This document shows, one piece after another, positions 1 through 14,300 of a stretch of DNA of 64,000 nt. Under the pieces are notes generated by a model. That model had not been told where the DNA came from. It was given only the letters and a program-made list of their open reading frames with translations, and searched no databases. Positions within the stretch are counted from its first letter, which is position 1. Each line of letters opens with the position of its first letter. Source of the DNA: Eledone cirrhosa (lineage: Eukaryota); contig OZ024745.1 of assembly GCA_964016885.1 (NCBI GenBank), positions 5,208,001-5,272,000 on the forward strand. The letters are read 5' to 3'. The translations under genes and the position numbers were made by a program.

Positions 1-3000
1 GTAGTATACTAGGTATAGATAGTAGTACACTAGGTAGAGATGGTAGTATACTATGTAGAGTTAGTAGTATACTAGGTAGATATAGTAGTATACTAGGTAG
101 AGATAGTAGTATACTAGGTAGGGATAGTAGTATACTAGGGAGAGATAGTAGTGTACTAGGGAGAGATAGTAGTATACTCGGTAGAGATAGAAGTATACTA
201 GGTAGAGATAGTAGTATACTAGGTAGAGATGGTAGTCTACTAGGTAGAGATGGTAGTATACTAGGTAGAGATAGTACTATACTAGGTAGAGATAGTAGTA
301 TACCACGTAGAGATAGTAGTATACTAGGTAAATATGGTAGTATAATAGGTAGAGATAGTAGTATACTAGGTAGTGATAGTAGTATACTAGGTAGAGATGG
401 TAGTATACTAGGTAGAGATAGTAGTATACTAGGTAGAGTTAGTAGTATACTAGGTAGAGATGGTAGTATACTAGGTAGATATAGTAGTATACTAGGTAGA
501 GATAGTACTATACTAGGTAGAGATAGTAGTATACTAGGTAGATATAGTAGTATACTAGGTAGATATAGTAGTATACTAGGTAGAGATGGTAGTATACTAG
601 GTAGAGATAGTATACTAGGTAGAGATAGTAGTATACTAGGTAGAGATGGTAGTATACTAGGTAGATATAGTAGTATACTAGGTAGAGATAGTACTATACT
701 AGGTAGAGATAGTAGTATACTAGGTAGAGATGGCAGTGTACTAGGTAGAGATAGTAGTATACTAGGTAGAGATGGTAGTATACTAGGTAGAGATAGTATA
801 CTAGGTAGAGATAGTAGTATACTAGGTAGAGATGGTAGTATACTAGGGAGAGATGGTAGTATACTAGGTAGAGATGGTAGTATACTAGGTAGAGATAGTA
901 TTATACTAGGTAGAGTTAGTAGTATACTAGGTAGATATAGTACTATACTAGGTAGAGATAGTACTATATTAGGTAGAGATAGTACTATACTAGGTAGAGA
1001 TAGTAGTATACTAGGTAGATATAGTAGTGTACTAGGTAGAGATAGTACTATACTAGGTAGAGATAGTAGTACACTAGGTAGTGATAGTAGTATACTAGGT
1101 AGATATAGTAGTATACTAGGTAGAGATGGTAGTATACTAGGTAGAGATAGTAGTATACTAGGTAGAGATAGTAGTATACTAGGTAGAGATAGTAGTATAC
1201 TAGGTAGAGATGGCAGTGTACTAGGTAGAGATAGTAGTATACTAGGTAGAGATGGTAGTATACTAGGTAGAGATAGTATACTAGGTAGATATAGTAGTAT
1301 ATTAGGTAGAGATAGTAGTATACTAGGGAGAGATAGTATACTAGGTAGAGATAGTAGTATACTAGGTAGAGATGGTAGTATACTAGGTAGAGATAGTAGT
1401 ATACTAGGTAGAGATAGTAGTATACTAGGTAGAGATAGTACTATACTAGGTAGAGATGGTAGTATACTAGGTAGAGATAGTATACTAGGTAGAGATAGTA
1501 GTATACTAGGTAGAGATAGCAGTATACTAGGTAGAGATAGTACTATACTAGGTAGAGATAGTAGTATACTAGATGGAGATAGTACTATACTAGGTAGAGG
1601 TAGTAGTATACTAGGTAGAGATAGTAGTATACTAGGTAATGATGGTAGTATACTAGGTAGATAGTAGTATAATAGGGAGATATTGTAGTATACTAGGTAG
1701 AGATAGTAGTACACTAGGTAGAGATGGTAGTATACTAGGTAGAGTTAGTAGTATACTAGGTAGATATAGTAGTATACTAGGTAGAGATAGTAGTATACTA
1801 GGTAGGGATAGTAGTATACTAGGTAGAGATAGCAGTATACTAGGTAGATATAGTAGCATACTAGGTAGAGATAGTAGTGTACTAGGGAGAGATAGTAGTA
1901 TACTCGGTAGAGATAGTAGTATACTAGGTAGAGATAGTAGTATGCTAGGTAGAGATGGTAGTATACTAGGTAGAGATGGTAGTATACTAGGTAGAGATAG
2001 TAGTATACCAAGTAGAGATAGTAGTATACTAGGTAGAGATGGTAGTATAACAGGTAGAGATAGTACTATACTAGGTAGAGATGGTAGTATACTAGGTAGA
2101 GATGGTAGTATACTAGGTAGAGATGGTAGTATACTAGGTAGAGATGGTAGTATACTAGGTAGAGATGGTAGTATACTAGGTAGAGATGGTAGTATACTAG
2201 GTAGAGATGGTAGTATACTAGGTAGAGATAGTAGTATACCAAGTAGAGATAGTAGTATACTAGGTAGAGATGGTAGTATAACAGGTAGAGATAGTACTAT
2301 ACTAGGTAGAGATGGTAGTATACTAGGTAGTGATAGTAGTATACTAGGTAGAGATGGTAGTATACTAGGTAGAGATAGTACTATACTAGGTAGAGATGGT
2401 AGTATACTAGGTAGAGATGGTAGTATACTAGGTAGAGTTAGTAGTATACTAGGTAGAGATGGTAGTATACTAGGTAGAGATAGTACTATACTAGGTAGAG
2501 ATGGTAGTATACTAGGTAGAGATGGTAGTATACTAGGTAGAGTTAGTAGTATACTAGGTAGAGATGGTAGTATACTAGGTAGAGATGGTAGTATACTAGG
2601 TAGAGATAGTACTATACTAGGTAGAGATGGTAGTATACTAGGTAGAGATGGTAGTATACTAGGTAGAGATGGTAGTATACTAGGTAGAGATAGTACTATA
2701 CTAGGTAGAGATGGTAGTATACTAGGTAGAGATGGTAGTATACTAGGTAGAGTTAGTAGTATACTAGGTAGAGATGGTAGTATACTAGGTAGAGATGGTA
2801 GTATACTAGGTAGAGATAGTAGTATACTAGATAGAGTTAGTAGTGTACTAGGTAGAGATACTACTATACTAGGTAGAGATAGTAGTACACTAGGTAGTGA
2901 TAGTAGTATACTAGGTAGATATAGTAGTATACTAGGTAGAGATGGTAGTATACTAGGTAGAGATAGTAGTATACTAGGTAGAGATAGTAGTATACTAGGT

Positions 3001-4100
3001 AGAGATAGTAGTATACTAGGTAGAGATGGCAGTGTACTAGGTAGAGATAGTAGTATACTAGGTAGAGATGGTAGTATACTAGGTAGAGATAGTATACTAG
3101 GTAGATATAGTAGTATACTAGGTAGAGATGGTAGTATACTAGGTAGAGATAGTATACTAGGTAGATATAGTACTATATTAGGTAGAGATAGTAGTATACT
3201 AGGTAGAGATGGCAGTATACTAGGTAGAGATAGTAGTATACTAGGTAGAGATGGTAGTATACTAGGTAGAGATAGTAGTATACTAGGTAGAGATAGTAGT
3301 ATACTAGGTAGAGATAGTACTATACTAGGTAGAGATAGTAGTATACTAGGTAGAGATAGTATACTAGGTAGAGATAGTAGTATACTAGGTAGAGATAGCA
3401 GTATACTAGGTAGAGATAGTACTATACTAGGTAGAGATGGTAGTATACTAGGTAGAGATAGTAGTATACTAGGTGGAGATAGTAGTATACTAGGTAATGA
3501 TGGTAGTATACTAGGTAGATAGTAGTATAATAGGGAGATATTGTAGTATACTAGGTATAGATAGTAGTACACTAGGTAGAGATGGTAGTATACTATGTAG
3601 AGTTAGTAGTATACTAGGTAGATATAGTAGTATACTAGGTAGAGATAGTAGTATACTAGGTAGGGATAGTAGTATACTAGGGAGAGATAGTAGTGTACTA
3701 GGGAGAGATAGTAGTATACTCAGTAGAGATAGAAGTATACTAGGTAGAGATAGTAGTATACTAGGTAGAGATGGTAGTCTACTAGGTAGAGATGGTAGTA
3801 TACTAGGTAGAGATAGTACTATACTAGGTAGAGATAGTAGTATACCACGTAGAGATAGTAGTATACTAGGTAGAGATGGTAGTATAATAGGTAGAGATAG
3901 TAGTATACTAGGTAGTGATAGTAGTATACTAGGTAGAGATGGTAGTATACTAGGTAGAGATAGTAGTATACTAGGTAGAGTTAGTAGTATACTAGGTAGA
4001 GATGGTAGTATACTAGGTAGATATAGTAGTATACTAGGTAGAGATAGTACTATACTAGGTAGAGATAGTAGTATACTAGGTAGATATAGTAGTATACTAG
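1..4100. repeat. Dispersed duplicate blocks, offset 3542 bp (about 1-560 matches about 3543-4100)
   Basis: Shared rare variants in the same order: ggtatagat, ctatgtagagtt, gatagaagt, agtctact, and taccacgtag at 301 and 3843. Confidence 0.85.
1990..2310. repeat. 231-bp (11-monomer) local duplication inside a homogenised GATGGT-rich tract
   Basis: The rare variant taacagg occurs at 2048 and 2279, each preceded by a taccaag monomer. Confidence 0.8.
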
Positions 4101-6967
4101 GTAGATATAGTAGTATACTAGGTAGATATAGTAGTATACTAGGTAGAGATAGTACTATACTAGGTAGAGATAGTAGTATACTAGGTAGAGATAGTAGTAT
4201 ACTAGGTAGATATAGTAGTATACTTGGTAGAGATGGTAGTATACTAGGTAGAGATAGTAGTATACTAGGTAGAGATGGTAGTGTACTGGGTAGAGATGGT
4301 AGTATACTAGATAGAGATGGTAGTATACTAGATAGAGATAGTAGTATACTAGGTAGAGATAGTATACTAGGTAGAGATAGTAGTATACTAGGTAGAGATA
4401 GTAGTGTACTGGGTAGAGATAGTACTATACTAGGTAGAGATGGTAGTATACTAGGTAGAGATAGTACTATACTAGGTAGAGATGGTAGTATACTAGGTAG
4501 AGATAGTAGTATACTAGGTAGAGATAGTAGTGTACTAGGTAGAGATAGTACTATACTAGGTAGAGATAGTAGTACACTAGGTAGTGATAGTAGTATACTA
4601 GTTAGATATAGTAGTATACTAGGTAGAGATGGTAGTATACTAGGTAGATATAGTAGTATACAAGGTAGAGATAGTAGTATACTAGGTAGAGATGGCAGTA
4701 TACTAGGTAGAGATAGTAGTATACTAGGTAGATAGTAGTATACTAGATAGAGATAGTATACTAGGTAGAGTTAGTAGTATACTAGGTAGAGATAGTACTA
4801 TACTAGGTAGAGATAGTAGTATACTAGGTAGATAGTAGTATACTAGGTAGAGATAGTATACTAGGTAGAGTTAGTAGTATACTAGGTAGAGATAGTACTA
4901 TACTAGGTAGAGATGGTAGTATACTAGGTAGAGATAGTAGTATACTAGGTAGAGATAGTAGTATACTAGGTAGAGATAGTACTATACTAGGTAGAGATGG
5001 TAGTATACTAGGTAGAGATAGTATACTAGGTAGAGTTAGTAGTATACTAGGTAGAGATAGTAGTACACCAGGTAGAAATGGTGGTATACTAGGTAGAGTT
5101 AGTAGTATACTAGGTAGAGATAGTAGTATACTAGGTAGAGATGGTAGTATACTAGGTAGGGATAGTAGTATACTAGGTAGAGATAGCAGTATACTAGGTA
5201 GATATAGTAGTATACTAGGTAGAGATAGTAGTATACTAGGCAGAGATAGTAGTATACTAGGTAGAGATAGTAGTATACTAAGTAGAGATAGTAGTCCACT
5301 AGGTAGAGATGGTAGTGTACTAGGTAGAGATGGTAGTATACTAGGTAGAGATAGTAGTATACTAGGTAGAGATAGTAGTATATTAGGTAGAGATAGTAGT
5401 ATACTAGGTAGAGATAGTAGTATACTAGGTAGAGATAGTAGTATACTAGGTAGTGATAGTAGTATACTAGGTAGAGATAGTAGTATACTATGTAGAAATA
5501 GTTGTATACGAGGTAACGATAGTAGTACACTAGGTAGTGATAGTAGTATACTACGTAGGGATAGTAGTGTACTAGTTAGGGATAGTAGTATACTAGGTAG
5601 ATATAGTAGTATACTTGGTAGAGATGGTAGTATACTAGGTAGAGATGGTAGTATACTAGGTAGAGATAGTATACTAGGTAGAGTTAGTAGTATACTAGGT
5701 AGAGATGGCAGTATACTAGGTAGAGATAGTACTATACTAGGTAGAGATGGTAGTATACTAGGTAGAGATGGTAGTATACTAGGTAGAGATAGCAGTATAC
5801 TAGGTAGAGATAGTACTATACTAGGTAGAGATAGTAGTATACTAGGTGGAGATAGTACTATACTAGGTAGAGGTAGTAGTATACTAGGTAGAGATAGTAG
5901 TATACTAGGTAATGATGGTAGTATACTAGGTAGGTAGTAGTATAATAGGGAGATATTGTAGTATACTAGGTAGAGATAGTAGTACACTAGGTAGAGATGG
6001 TAGTATACTAGGAAGAGTTAGTAGTATACTAGGTAGATATAGTAGTATACTAGGTAGAGATAGTAGTATACTAGGTAGAGATAGCAGTATACTAGGTAGA
6101 TATAGTAGTATACTAGGTAGAGATAGTAGTGTACTAGGGACAGATAGTAGTATACTCGGTAGAGATAGTAGTATACTAAGTAGAGATAGTAGTATACTAG
6201 GTAGAGATGGTAGTATACTAGGTAGAGATAGTACTATACTAGGTAGAGATAGTAGTATACCAAGTAGAGATAGTAGTATACTAGGTAGATATAGTAGTAT
6301 ACTAGGTAGAGATAGTAGTATACCAAGTAGAGATGGTAGTATACTAGGTAGAGATAGTAGTTTACTAGGTAGAGATGGTAGTATAATAGGTAGAGATAGT
6401 AGTATACTAGGTAGTGATAGTAGTATACTAGGTAGAGATGGTAGTATACTAGGTAGAGATAGTATACTAGGTAGAGTTAGTAGTATACTAGGTAGAGATG
6501 GTAGTATACTAGGTAGAGATAGTACTATACTAGGTAGAGATGGTAGTATACTAGGTAGAGATGGTAGTATACTAGGTAGAGATATTAGTATACTAGGTAG
6601 AGATAGTAGTATACTAGGTAGAGATAGTAGTACACTAGGTAGTGATAGTAGTATACTAGGTAGATATAGTAGTATACTAGGTAGAGATGGTAGTATACTA
6701 GGTAGAGATAGTAGTATACTAGGTAGAGATAGTAGTATACTAGGTAGAGATAGTAGTATACTAGGTAGAGATGGCAGTGTACTAGGTTGAGATAGTAGTA
6801 TACTAGGTAGAGATGGTAGTATACTAGGTAGAGATGGTAGTATACTATGTAGAGATGGTAGTATACTAGGTAGAGATAGCATACTAGGTAGAGATAGTAG
6901 TATACTAGGTAGAGATAGTAGTATACTAGGTAGAGATGGTAGTATACTAGGTAGAGATAGTAGTATA

Positions 6968-9900
6968 CTAGGTAGATAGTAGTATACTAGGTAGAGATAG
7001 TAGTATACTAGGTAGAGATAGTAGTATACTAGGTAGAGATGGTAGTATACTAGGTAGAGATAGTAGTATACTAGCAAGAGATAGTAGTATACTAGGTAGA
7101 GATAGTACTATACTAGGTAGAGATGGTAGCATACTAGGTATAGTTAGTAGTATACTAGGTAGAGATGGTAGTATATTAGGTAGAGATAGTACTATACTAG
7201 GTAGAGATAGTAGTATACCAAGTAGAGATAGTAGTATACTAGGTAGAGATGGTAGTATACTAGGTAGAAATAGTAGTATACTAGGTAGAGATTGTAGTAT
7301 ACTAGGTAGAGATAATAGTGTACTAGGGAGAGATAGTACTATACTAGGTAGAGATAGTAGTGTACTAGGTAGAGATAGTAGTATACTAGGTAGAGATAGT
7401 AGTAAACTAGGTAGTGATGGTAGTATACTAGGTAGAGATAGTACTAAACTAGGTAGAGATAGTACTATACTAGGTAGAGATAGTACTATACTAGGTAGAG
7501 ATAGTAGTATACTGGGTAGAGATAGTAGTATACTAGGTAGAGATGGTAGTATACTAGGTAGAGGTAATAGTGTACTAGGGAGAGATAGTACTATACTAGG
7601 TAGAGATAGTAGTGTACTAGGTAGAGATAGTAGTATACTAGGTAGAGATAGTAGTATACTAGGTAGAGATGGTAGTATACTAGGTAGAGATGGTAGTATA
7701 CTAGGTAGAGATAGTACTATACTAGGTAGAGATAGTACTATACTAGGTAGAGATAGTAGTATACTAGGTAGAGATAGTAGTATACTAGGTAGAGATGGTA
7801 GTATACTAGGTAGAGATGGTAGTATACTAGGTAGAGATGGTAGTATACTAGGTAGAGATAGTAGTATACTAGGTAGAGTTAGTAGTATACTAGGTAGAGA
7901 TAGTACTATACTAGGTAGAGATAGTACTATACTAGGTAGAGATAGTAGTATACTAGGTAGATATAGTAGTGTACTAGGTAGAGATAGTACTATACTAGGT
8001 AGAGATGGTAGTATACTAGGTAGAGATAGTAGTATACTAGGTAGAGATGGTAGTATACTAGGTAGAGATAGTATACTAGGTAGAGTTAGTAGTATACTAG
8101 GTAGAGATGGTAGTATACTAGGTAGAGATAGTACTATACTAGGTAGAGATGGTAGTATACTAGGTAGAGATGGTAGTATACTAGGTAGAGATAGTAGTAT
8201 ACTAGGTAGAGATAGTAGTGTACTAGGTAGAGATACTACTATACTAGGTAGAGATAGTAGTACACTAGGTAGTGATAGTAGTATACTAGGTAGATATAGT
8301 AGTATACTAGGTAGAGATGGTAGTATACTAGGTAGAGATAGTATACTAGGTAGAGATAGTAGTATACTAGGTAGATATAGTAGTGTACTAGGTAGAGATA
8401 GTATACTAGGTAGAGATGGTAGTATACTAGGTAGAGATAGTAGTATACTAGGTAGAGATAGTAGTATACTAGGTAGAGATAGTAGTATACTAGGTAGAGA
8501 TGGTAGTGTACTAGGTAGAGATAGTAGTATACTAGGTAGAGATGGTAGTATACTAGGTAGAGATAGTATACTAGGTAGATATAGTAGTATATTAGGTAGA
8601 GATAGTAGTATACTAGGTAGAGATGGCAGTATACTAGGTAGAGATAGTAGTATACTAGGTAGAGATGGTAGTATATTATGTAGAGATGGTAGTATACTAG
8701 GTAGAGATGGTAGTATACTATGTAGAGATGGTAGTATACTAGGTAGAGATAGTATACTAGGTAAAGATAGTAGTATACTAGGTAAGGATAGTAGTGTACT
8801 AGGTAGAGATAGTACTATACTAGGTAGAGATGGTAGTATACGAGGTAGAGATAGTAGTATACTAGGTAGATAGTAGTATACTAGGTAGAGATAGTAGTAT
8901 ACTAGGTAGAGATAGTAGTATACTAGGTAGAGATGGTAGTATACTAGGTAGAGATAGTAGTATACTAGCAAGAGATAGTAGTATACTAGGTAGAGATAGT
9001 ACTATACTAGGTAGAGATGGTAGCATACTAGGTATAGTTAGTAGTATACTAGGTAGAGATGGTAGTATATTAGGTAGAGATAGTACTATACTAGGTAGAG
9101 ATGGTAGTATACTAGGTAGAAATAGTAGTATACTAGGTAGAGATTGTAGTATACTAAGTAGAGATGGTAGTATACTAGGTAGAGATAATAGTGTACTAGG
9201 GAGAGATAGTAGTGTACTAGGTAGAGATAGTAGTATACTAGGTAGAGATAGTACTAAACTAGGTAGAGATAGTACTATACTAGGTAGAGATAGTACTATA
9301 CTAGGTAGAGATAGTAGTATACTAGGTAGAGATAGTAGTATACTAGGTAGAGATAGTAGTATACTAGGTAGAGGTAATAGTGTACTAGGGAGAGATAGTA
9401 CTATACTAGGTAGAGATAGTAGTGTACTAGGTAGAGATAGTAGTATACTAGGTAGAGATAGTAGTATACTAGGTAGAGATGGTAGTATACTAGGTAGGGA
9501 TAGTACTATACTAGGTAGAGATAGTACTATACTAGGTAGAGATAGTAGTATACTAGGTAGAGATAGTAGTATACTAGGTAGAGATGGTAGTATACTAGGT
9601 AGAGATGGTAGTATACTAGGTAGAGATGGTAGTATACTAGGTAGAGATAGTAGTATACTAGGTAGAGCTAGTAGTATACTAGGTAGAGATAGTACTATAC
9701 TAGGTAGAGATAGTACTATACTAGGTAGAGATAGTAGTATACTAGGTAGATATAGTAGTGTACTAGGTAGAGATAGTACTATACTAGGTAGAGATGGTAG
9801 TATACTAGGTAGAGATAGTAGTATACTAGGTAGAGATGGTAGTATACTAGGTAGAGATAGTATACTAGGTAGAGTTAGTAGTATACTAGGTAGAGATGGT

Positions 9901-10450
9901 AGTATACTAGGTAGAGATAGTACTATACTAGGTAGAGATGGTAGTATACTAGGTAGAGATGGTAGTATACTAGGTAGAGATAGTAGTATACTAGGTAGAG
10001 ATAGTAGTGTACTAGGTAGAGATACTACTATACTAGGTAGAGATAGTAGTACACTAGGTAGTGATAGTAGTATACTAGGTAGATATAGTACTATACTAGG
10101 TAGAGATGATAGTATACTAGGTAGAGATAGTATAAAAGGTAGAGATAGTAGTATACTAGGTAGATATAGTAGTGTACTAGGTAGAGATAGTATACTAGGT
10201 AGAGATGGTAGTATACTAGGTAGAGATAGTAGTATACTAGGTAGAGATAGTAGTAAACTAGGTAGAGATAGTAGTATACTAGGTAGAGATGGCAGTGTAC
10301 TAGGTAGAGATAGTAGTATACTAGGTAGAGATGGTAGTATACTAGGTAGAGATAGTATACTAGGTAGATATAGTAGTATATTAGGTAGAGATAGTAGTAT
10401 ACTAGGTAGAGATGGCAGTATACTAGGTAGAGATAGTAGTATACTAGGTA
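6968..10450. repeat. Two diverged copies of a roughly 1.8-1.9-kb higher-order repeat
   Basis: ctagcaagag at 7071 and 8965 (offset 1894). gatactactat at 8232 and 10021 (offset 1789, i.e. 5 monomers fewer). Each copy begins at a 19-bp monomer. Confidence 0.8.
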
Positions 10451-11374
10451 GAGATGGTAGTATACTAGGTAGAGTTAGTAGTATAATAGGTAGAGATACT
10501 AGTATACTAGGTAGAGATAGTACTATACTAGTTAGAGATGGTAGTATACTAGGTAGAGATAGTATACTAGGTAGAGATAGTAGTATACTAGGTAGATATA
10601 GCAGTATACTAGGTAGAGATAGTACTATACTAGGTAGAGATAGTAGTATACTAGGTGGAGATAGTACTATACTAGGTAGAGGTAGTAGTATACTAGGTAG
10701 AGATAGTAGTATACTAGGTAATGATGGTAGTATACTAGGTAGGTAGTAGTATAATAGGGAGATATTGTAGTATACTAGGTAGAGATAGTAGTACACTAGG
10801 TAGAGATGGTAGTATACTAGGTAGAGTTAGTAGTATACTAGGTAGTTATAGTAGTATACTAGGTATAGATAGTAGTATACTAGGTAGGGATAGTAGTATA
10901 CTAGGTAGAGATAGCAGTATACTAGGTAGATATAGTAGTATACTAGGTAGAGATAGTAGTGTACTAGGGAGAGATAGTAGTATACTCGGTAGAGATGGTA
11001 GTATACTAGGTAGAGATAGTACTATACTAGGTAGAGATAGTAGTATACCAAGTAGAGATAGTAGTATACTAGGTAGAGATGGTAGTATACTAGGTAGAGA
11101 TAGTAGTATACTAGGTAGAGATAGTAGTATACTAGGTAGAGATAGTACTATACTAGGTAGAGATGGAGGTATACTAGGTAGAGATAGTATACTAGGTAGA
11201 GTTAGTAGTATACTAGGTAGAGATGGTAGTATACTAGGTAGAGATAGTAGTATACTAGGTAGAGATGGTAGTATACTAGGTAGAGATGGTAGTATACTAG
11301 GTAGAGATAGTAGTATACTAGGTAGAGATAGTAGTATACTAGGTAGAGATGGTAGTATACTAGGTAGAGATTGT

Positions 11375-14300
11375 AGTATACTAGCAAGAGATAGTAGTAT
11401 ACTAGTTAGAGATAGTACTATACTAGGTAGAGATGGTAGCATACTAGGTATAGTTAGTAGTATACTAGGTAGAGATGGTAGTATATTAGGTAGAGATAGT
11501 ACTATACTAGGTAGAGATAGTAGTATACCAAGTAGAGATAGTAGTATACTAGGTAGAGATGGTAGTATACTAGGTAGAAATAGTAGTATACTAGGTAGAG
11601 ATTGTAGTATACTAGGTAGAGATGGTAGTATACTAGGTAGAGATAGTAGTAAACTAGGTAGTGATGGTAGTATACTAGGTAGAGTTAGTAGTATACTAGA
11701 TAGAGATTGTAGTATACTAGGTAGAGATGGTAGTATACTAGGTAAAGATGGTAGTATACTATGTAGAGATGGTAGTATACTAGGTAGATATAGTAGTATA
11801 CTAGGTAGAGATAGTAGTATACTAGATAGAGATAGTAGTATACTAGGTAGAGATAGTAGTATACTAGGTAGAGATGGTAGTATACTAGGTAGAGATAGTA
11901 GTATACTAGCAAGAGATAGTAGTATACTAGTTAGAGATAGTACTATACTAGGTAGAGATGGTAGCATACTAGGTATAGTTAGTAGTATACTAGGTAGAGA
12001 TGGTAGTATATTAGGTAGAGATAGTACTATACTAGCTAGGGATAGTAGTATACCAAGTAGAGATAGTAGTATACTAGGTAGAGATGGTAGTATACTAGCT
12101 AGAAATAGTAGTATACTAGGTAGAGATTGTAGTATACTAGGTAGAGATGGTAGTATACTAGGTAGAGATAGTAGTAAACTAGGTAGTGATGGTAGTATAC
12201 TAGGTAGAGTTAGTAGTATACTAGATAGAGCTTGTAGTATACTAGGTAGAGATGGTAGTATACTAGGTAGAGGTAATAGTGTACTAGGGAGAGATAGTAC
12301 TATACTAGGTAGAGATAGTAGTGTACTAGGTAGAGATAGTAGTATACTAGGTAGAGATAGTAGTATACTAGGTAGAGATGGTAGTATACTAGGTAGAGAT
12401 GGTAGTATACTAGGTAGAGATGGTAGTATACTAGGTAGAGATAGTAGTATACTAGCTAGAGATAGTAGTATACTAGGTAGAGATAGTAGTATAATAGGTA
12501 GAGATGGTAGTATACTAGGTAGAGATAGTAGTATACTAGGTAGAGATGGTAGTATACTAGGTAGAGATGGTAGTATACTAGGTAGAGATAGTATACTAGG
12601 TAGAGATGGTAGTATACTAGGTAGATATAGTAGTATACTAGTTAGAGATAGTACTATACTAGGTAGAGATAGTACTATACTAGGTAGAGATAGTACTATA
12701 CTAGGTAGAGATAGTAGTATACTAGGTAGATATAGTAGTATACCAAGTAGAGATAGTAGTATACTAGGTAGAGATAGTAGTATACTAGGTAGAGATAGTA
12801 GTATACTAGGTAGAGATAGTAGTATACTAGCAAGAGATAGTAGTATACTAGTTAGAGATAGTACTATACTAGGTAGAGATGGTAGCATACTAGGTATAGT
12901 TAGTAGTATACTAGGTAGAGATGGTAGTATATTAGGTAGAGATAGTACTATACTAGGTAGAGATAGTAGTATACCAAGTAGAGATAGTAGTATACTAGGT
13001 AGAGATGGTAGTATACTAGGTAGAAATAGTAGTATACTAGGTAGAGATTGTAGTATACTAGGTAGAGATGGTAGTATACTAGGTAGAGATAGTAGTAAAC
13101 TAGGTAGTGATGGTAGTATACTAGGTAGAGTTAGTAGTATACTAGATAGAGATTGTAGTATACTAGGTAGAGATGTTAGTATACTAGGTAGAGATGGTAG
13201 TATACTATGTAGAGATGGTAGTATACTAGGTAGATATAGTAGTATACTAGGTAGAGATAGTAGTATACTAGGTAGAGATAGTAGTATACTAGGTAGAGAT
13301 GGTAGTATACTAGGTAGAGATAGTAGTATACTAGCAAGAGATAGTAGTATACTAGTTAGAGATAGTACTATACTAGGTAGAGATGGTAGCATACTAGGTA
13401 TAGTTAGTAGTATACTAGGTAGAGATGGTAGTATATTAGGTAGAGATAGTACTATACTAGGTAGAGATAGTAGTATACCAAGTAGAGATAGTAGTATACT
13501 AGGTAGAGATGGTAGTATACTAGGTAGAAATAGTAGTATACTAGGTAGAGATTGTAGTATACTAGGTAGAGATGGTAGTATACTAGGTAGAGATAGTAGT
13601 AAACTAGGTAGTGATGGTAGTATACTAGGTAGAGTTAGTAGTATACTAGATAGAGATTGTAGTATACTAGGTAGAGATGGTAGTATACTAGGTAAAGATG
13701 GTAGTATACTATGTAGAGATGGTAGTATACTAGGTAGATATAGTAGTATACTAGGTAGAGATAGTAGTATACTAGATAGAGATAGTAGTATACTAGGTAG
13801 AGATAGTAGTATACTAGGTAGAGATGGTAGTATACTAGGTAGAGATAGTAGTATACTAGCAAGAGATAGTAGTATACTAGTTAGAGATAGTACTATACTA
13901 GGTAGAGATGGTAGCATACTAGGTATAGTTAGTAGTATACTAGGTAGAGATGGTAGTATATTAGGTAGAGATAGTACTATACTAGCTAGGGATAGTAGTA
14001 TACCAAGTAGAGATAGTAGTATACTAGGTAGAGATGGTAGTATACTAGCTAGAAATAGTAGTATACTAGGTAGAGATTGTAGTATACTAGGTAGAGATGG
14101 TAGTATACTAGGTAGAGATAGTAGTAAACTAGGTAGTGATGGTAGTATACTAGGTAGAGTTAGTAGTATACTAGATAGAGCTTGTAGTATACTAGGTAGA
14201 GATGGTAGTATACTAGGTAGAGGTAATAGTGTACTAGGGAGAGATAGTACTATACTAGGTAGAGATAGTAGTGTACTAGGTAGAGATAGTAGTATACTAG

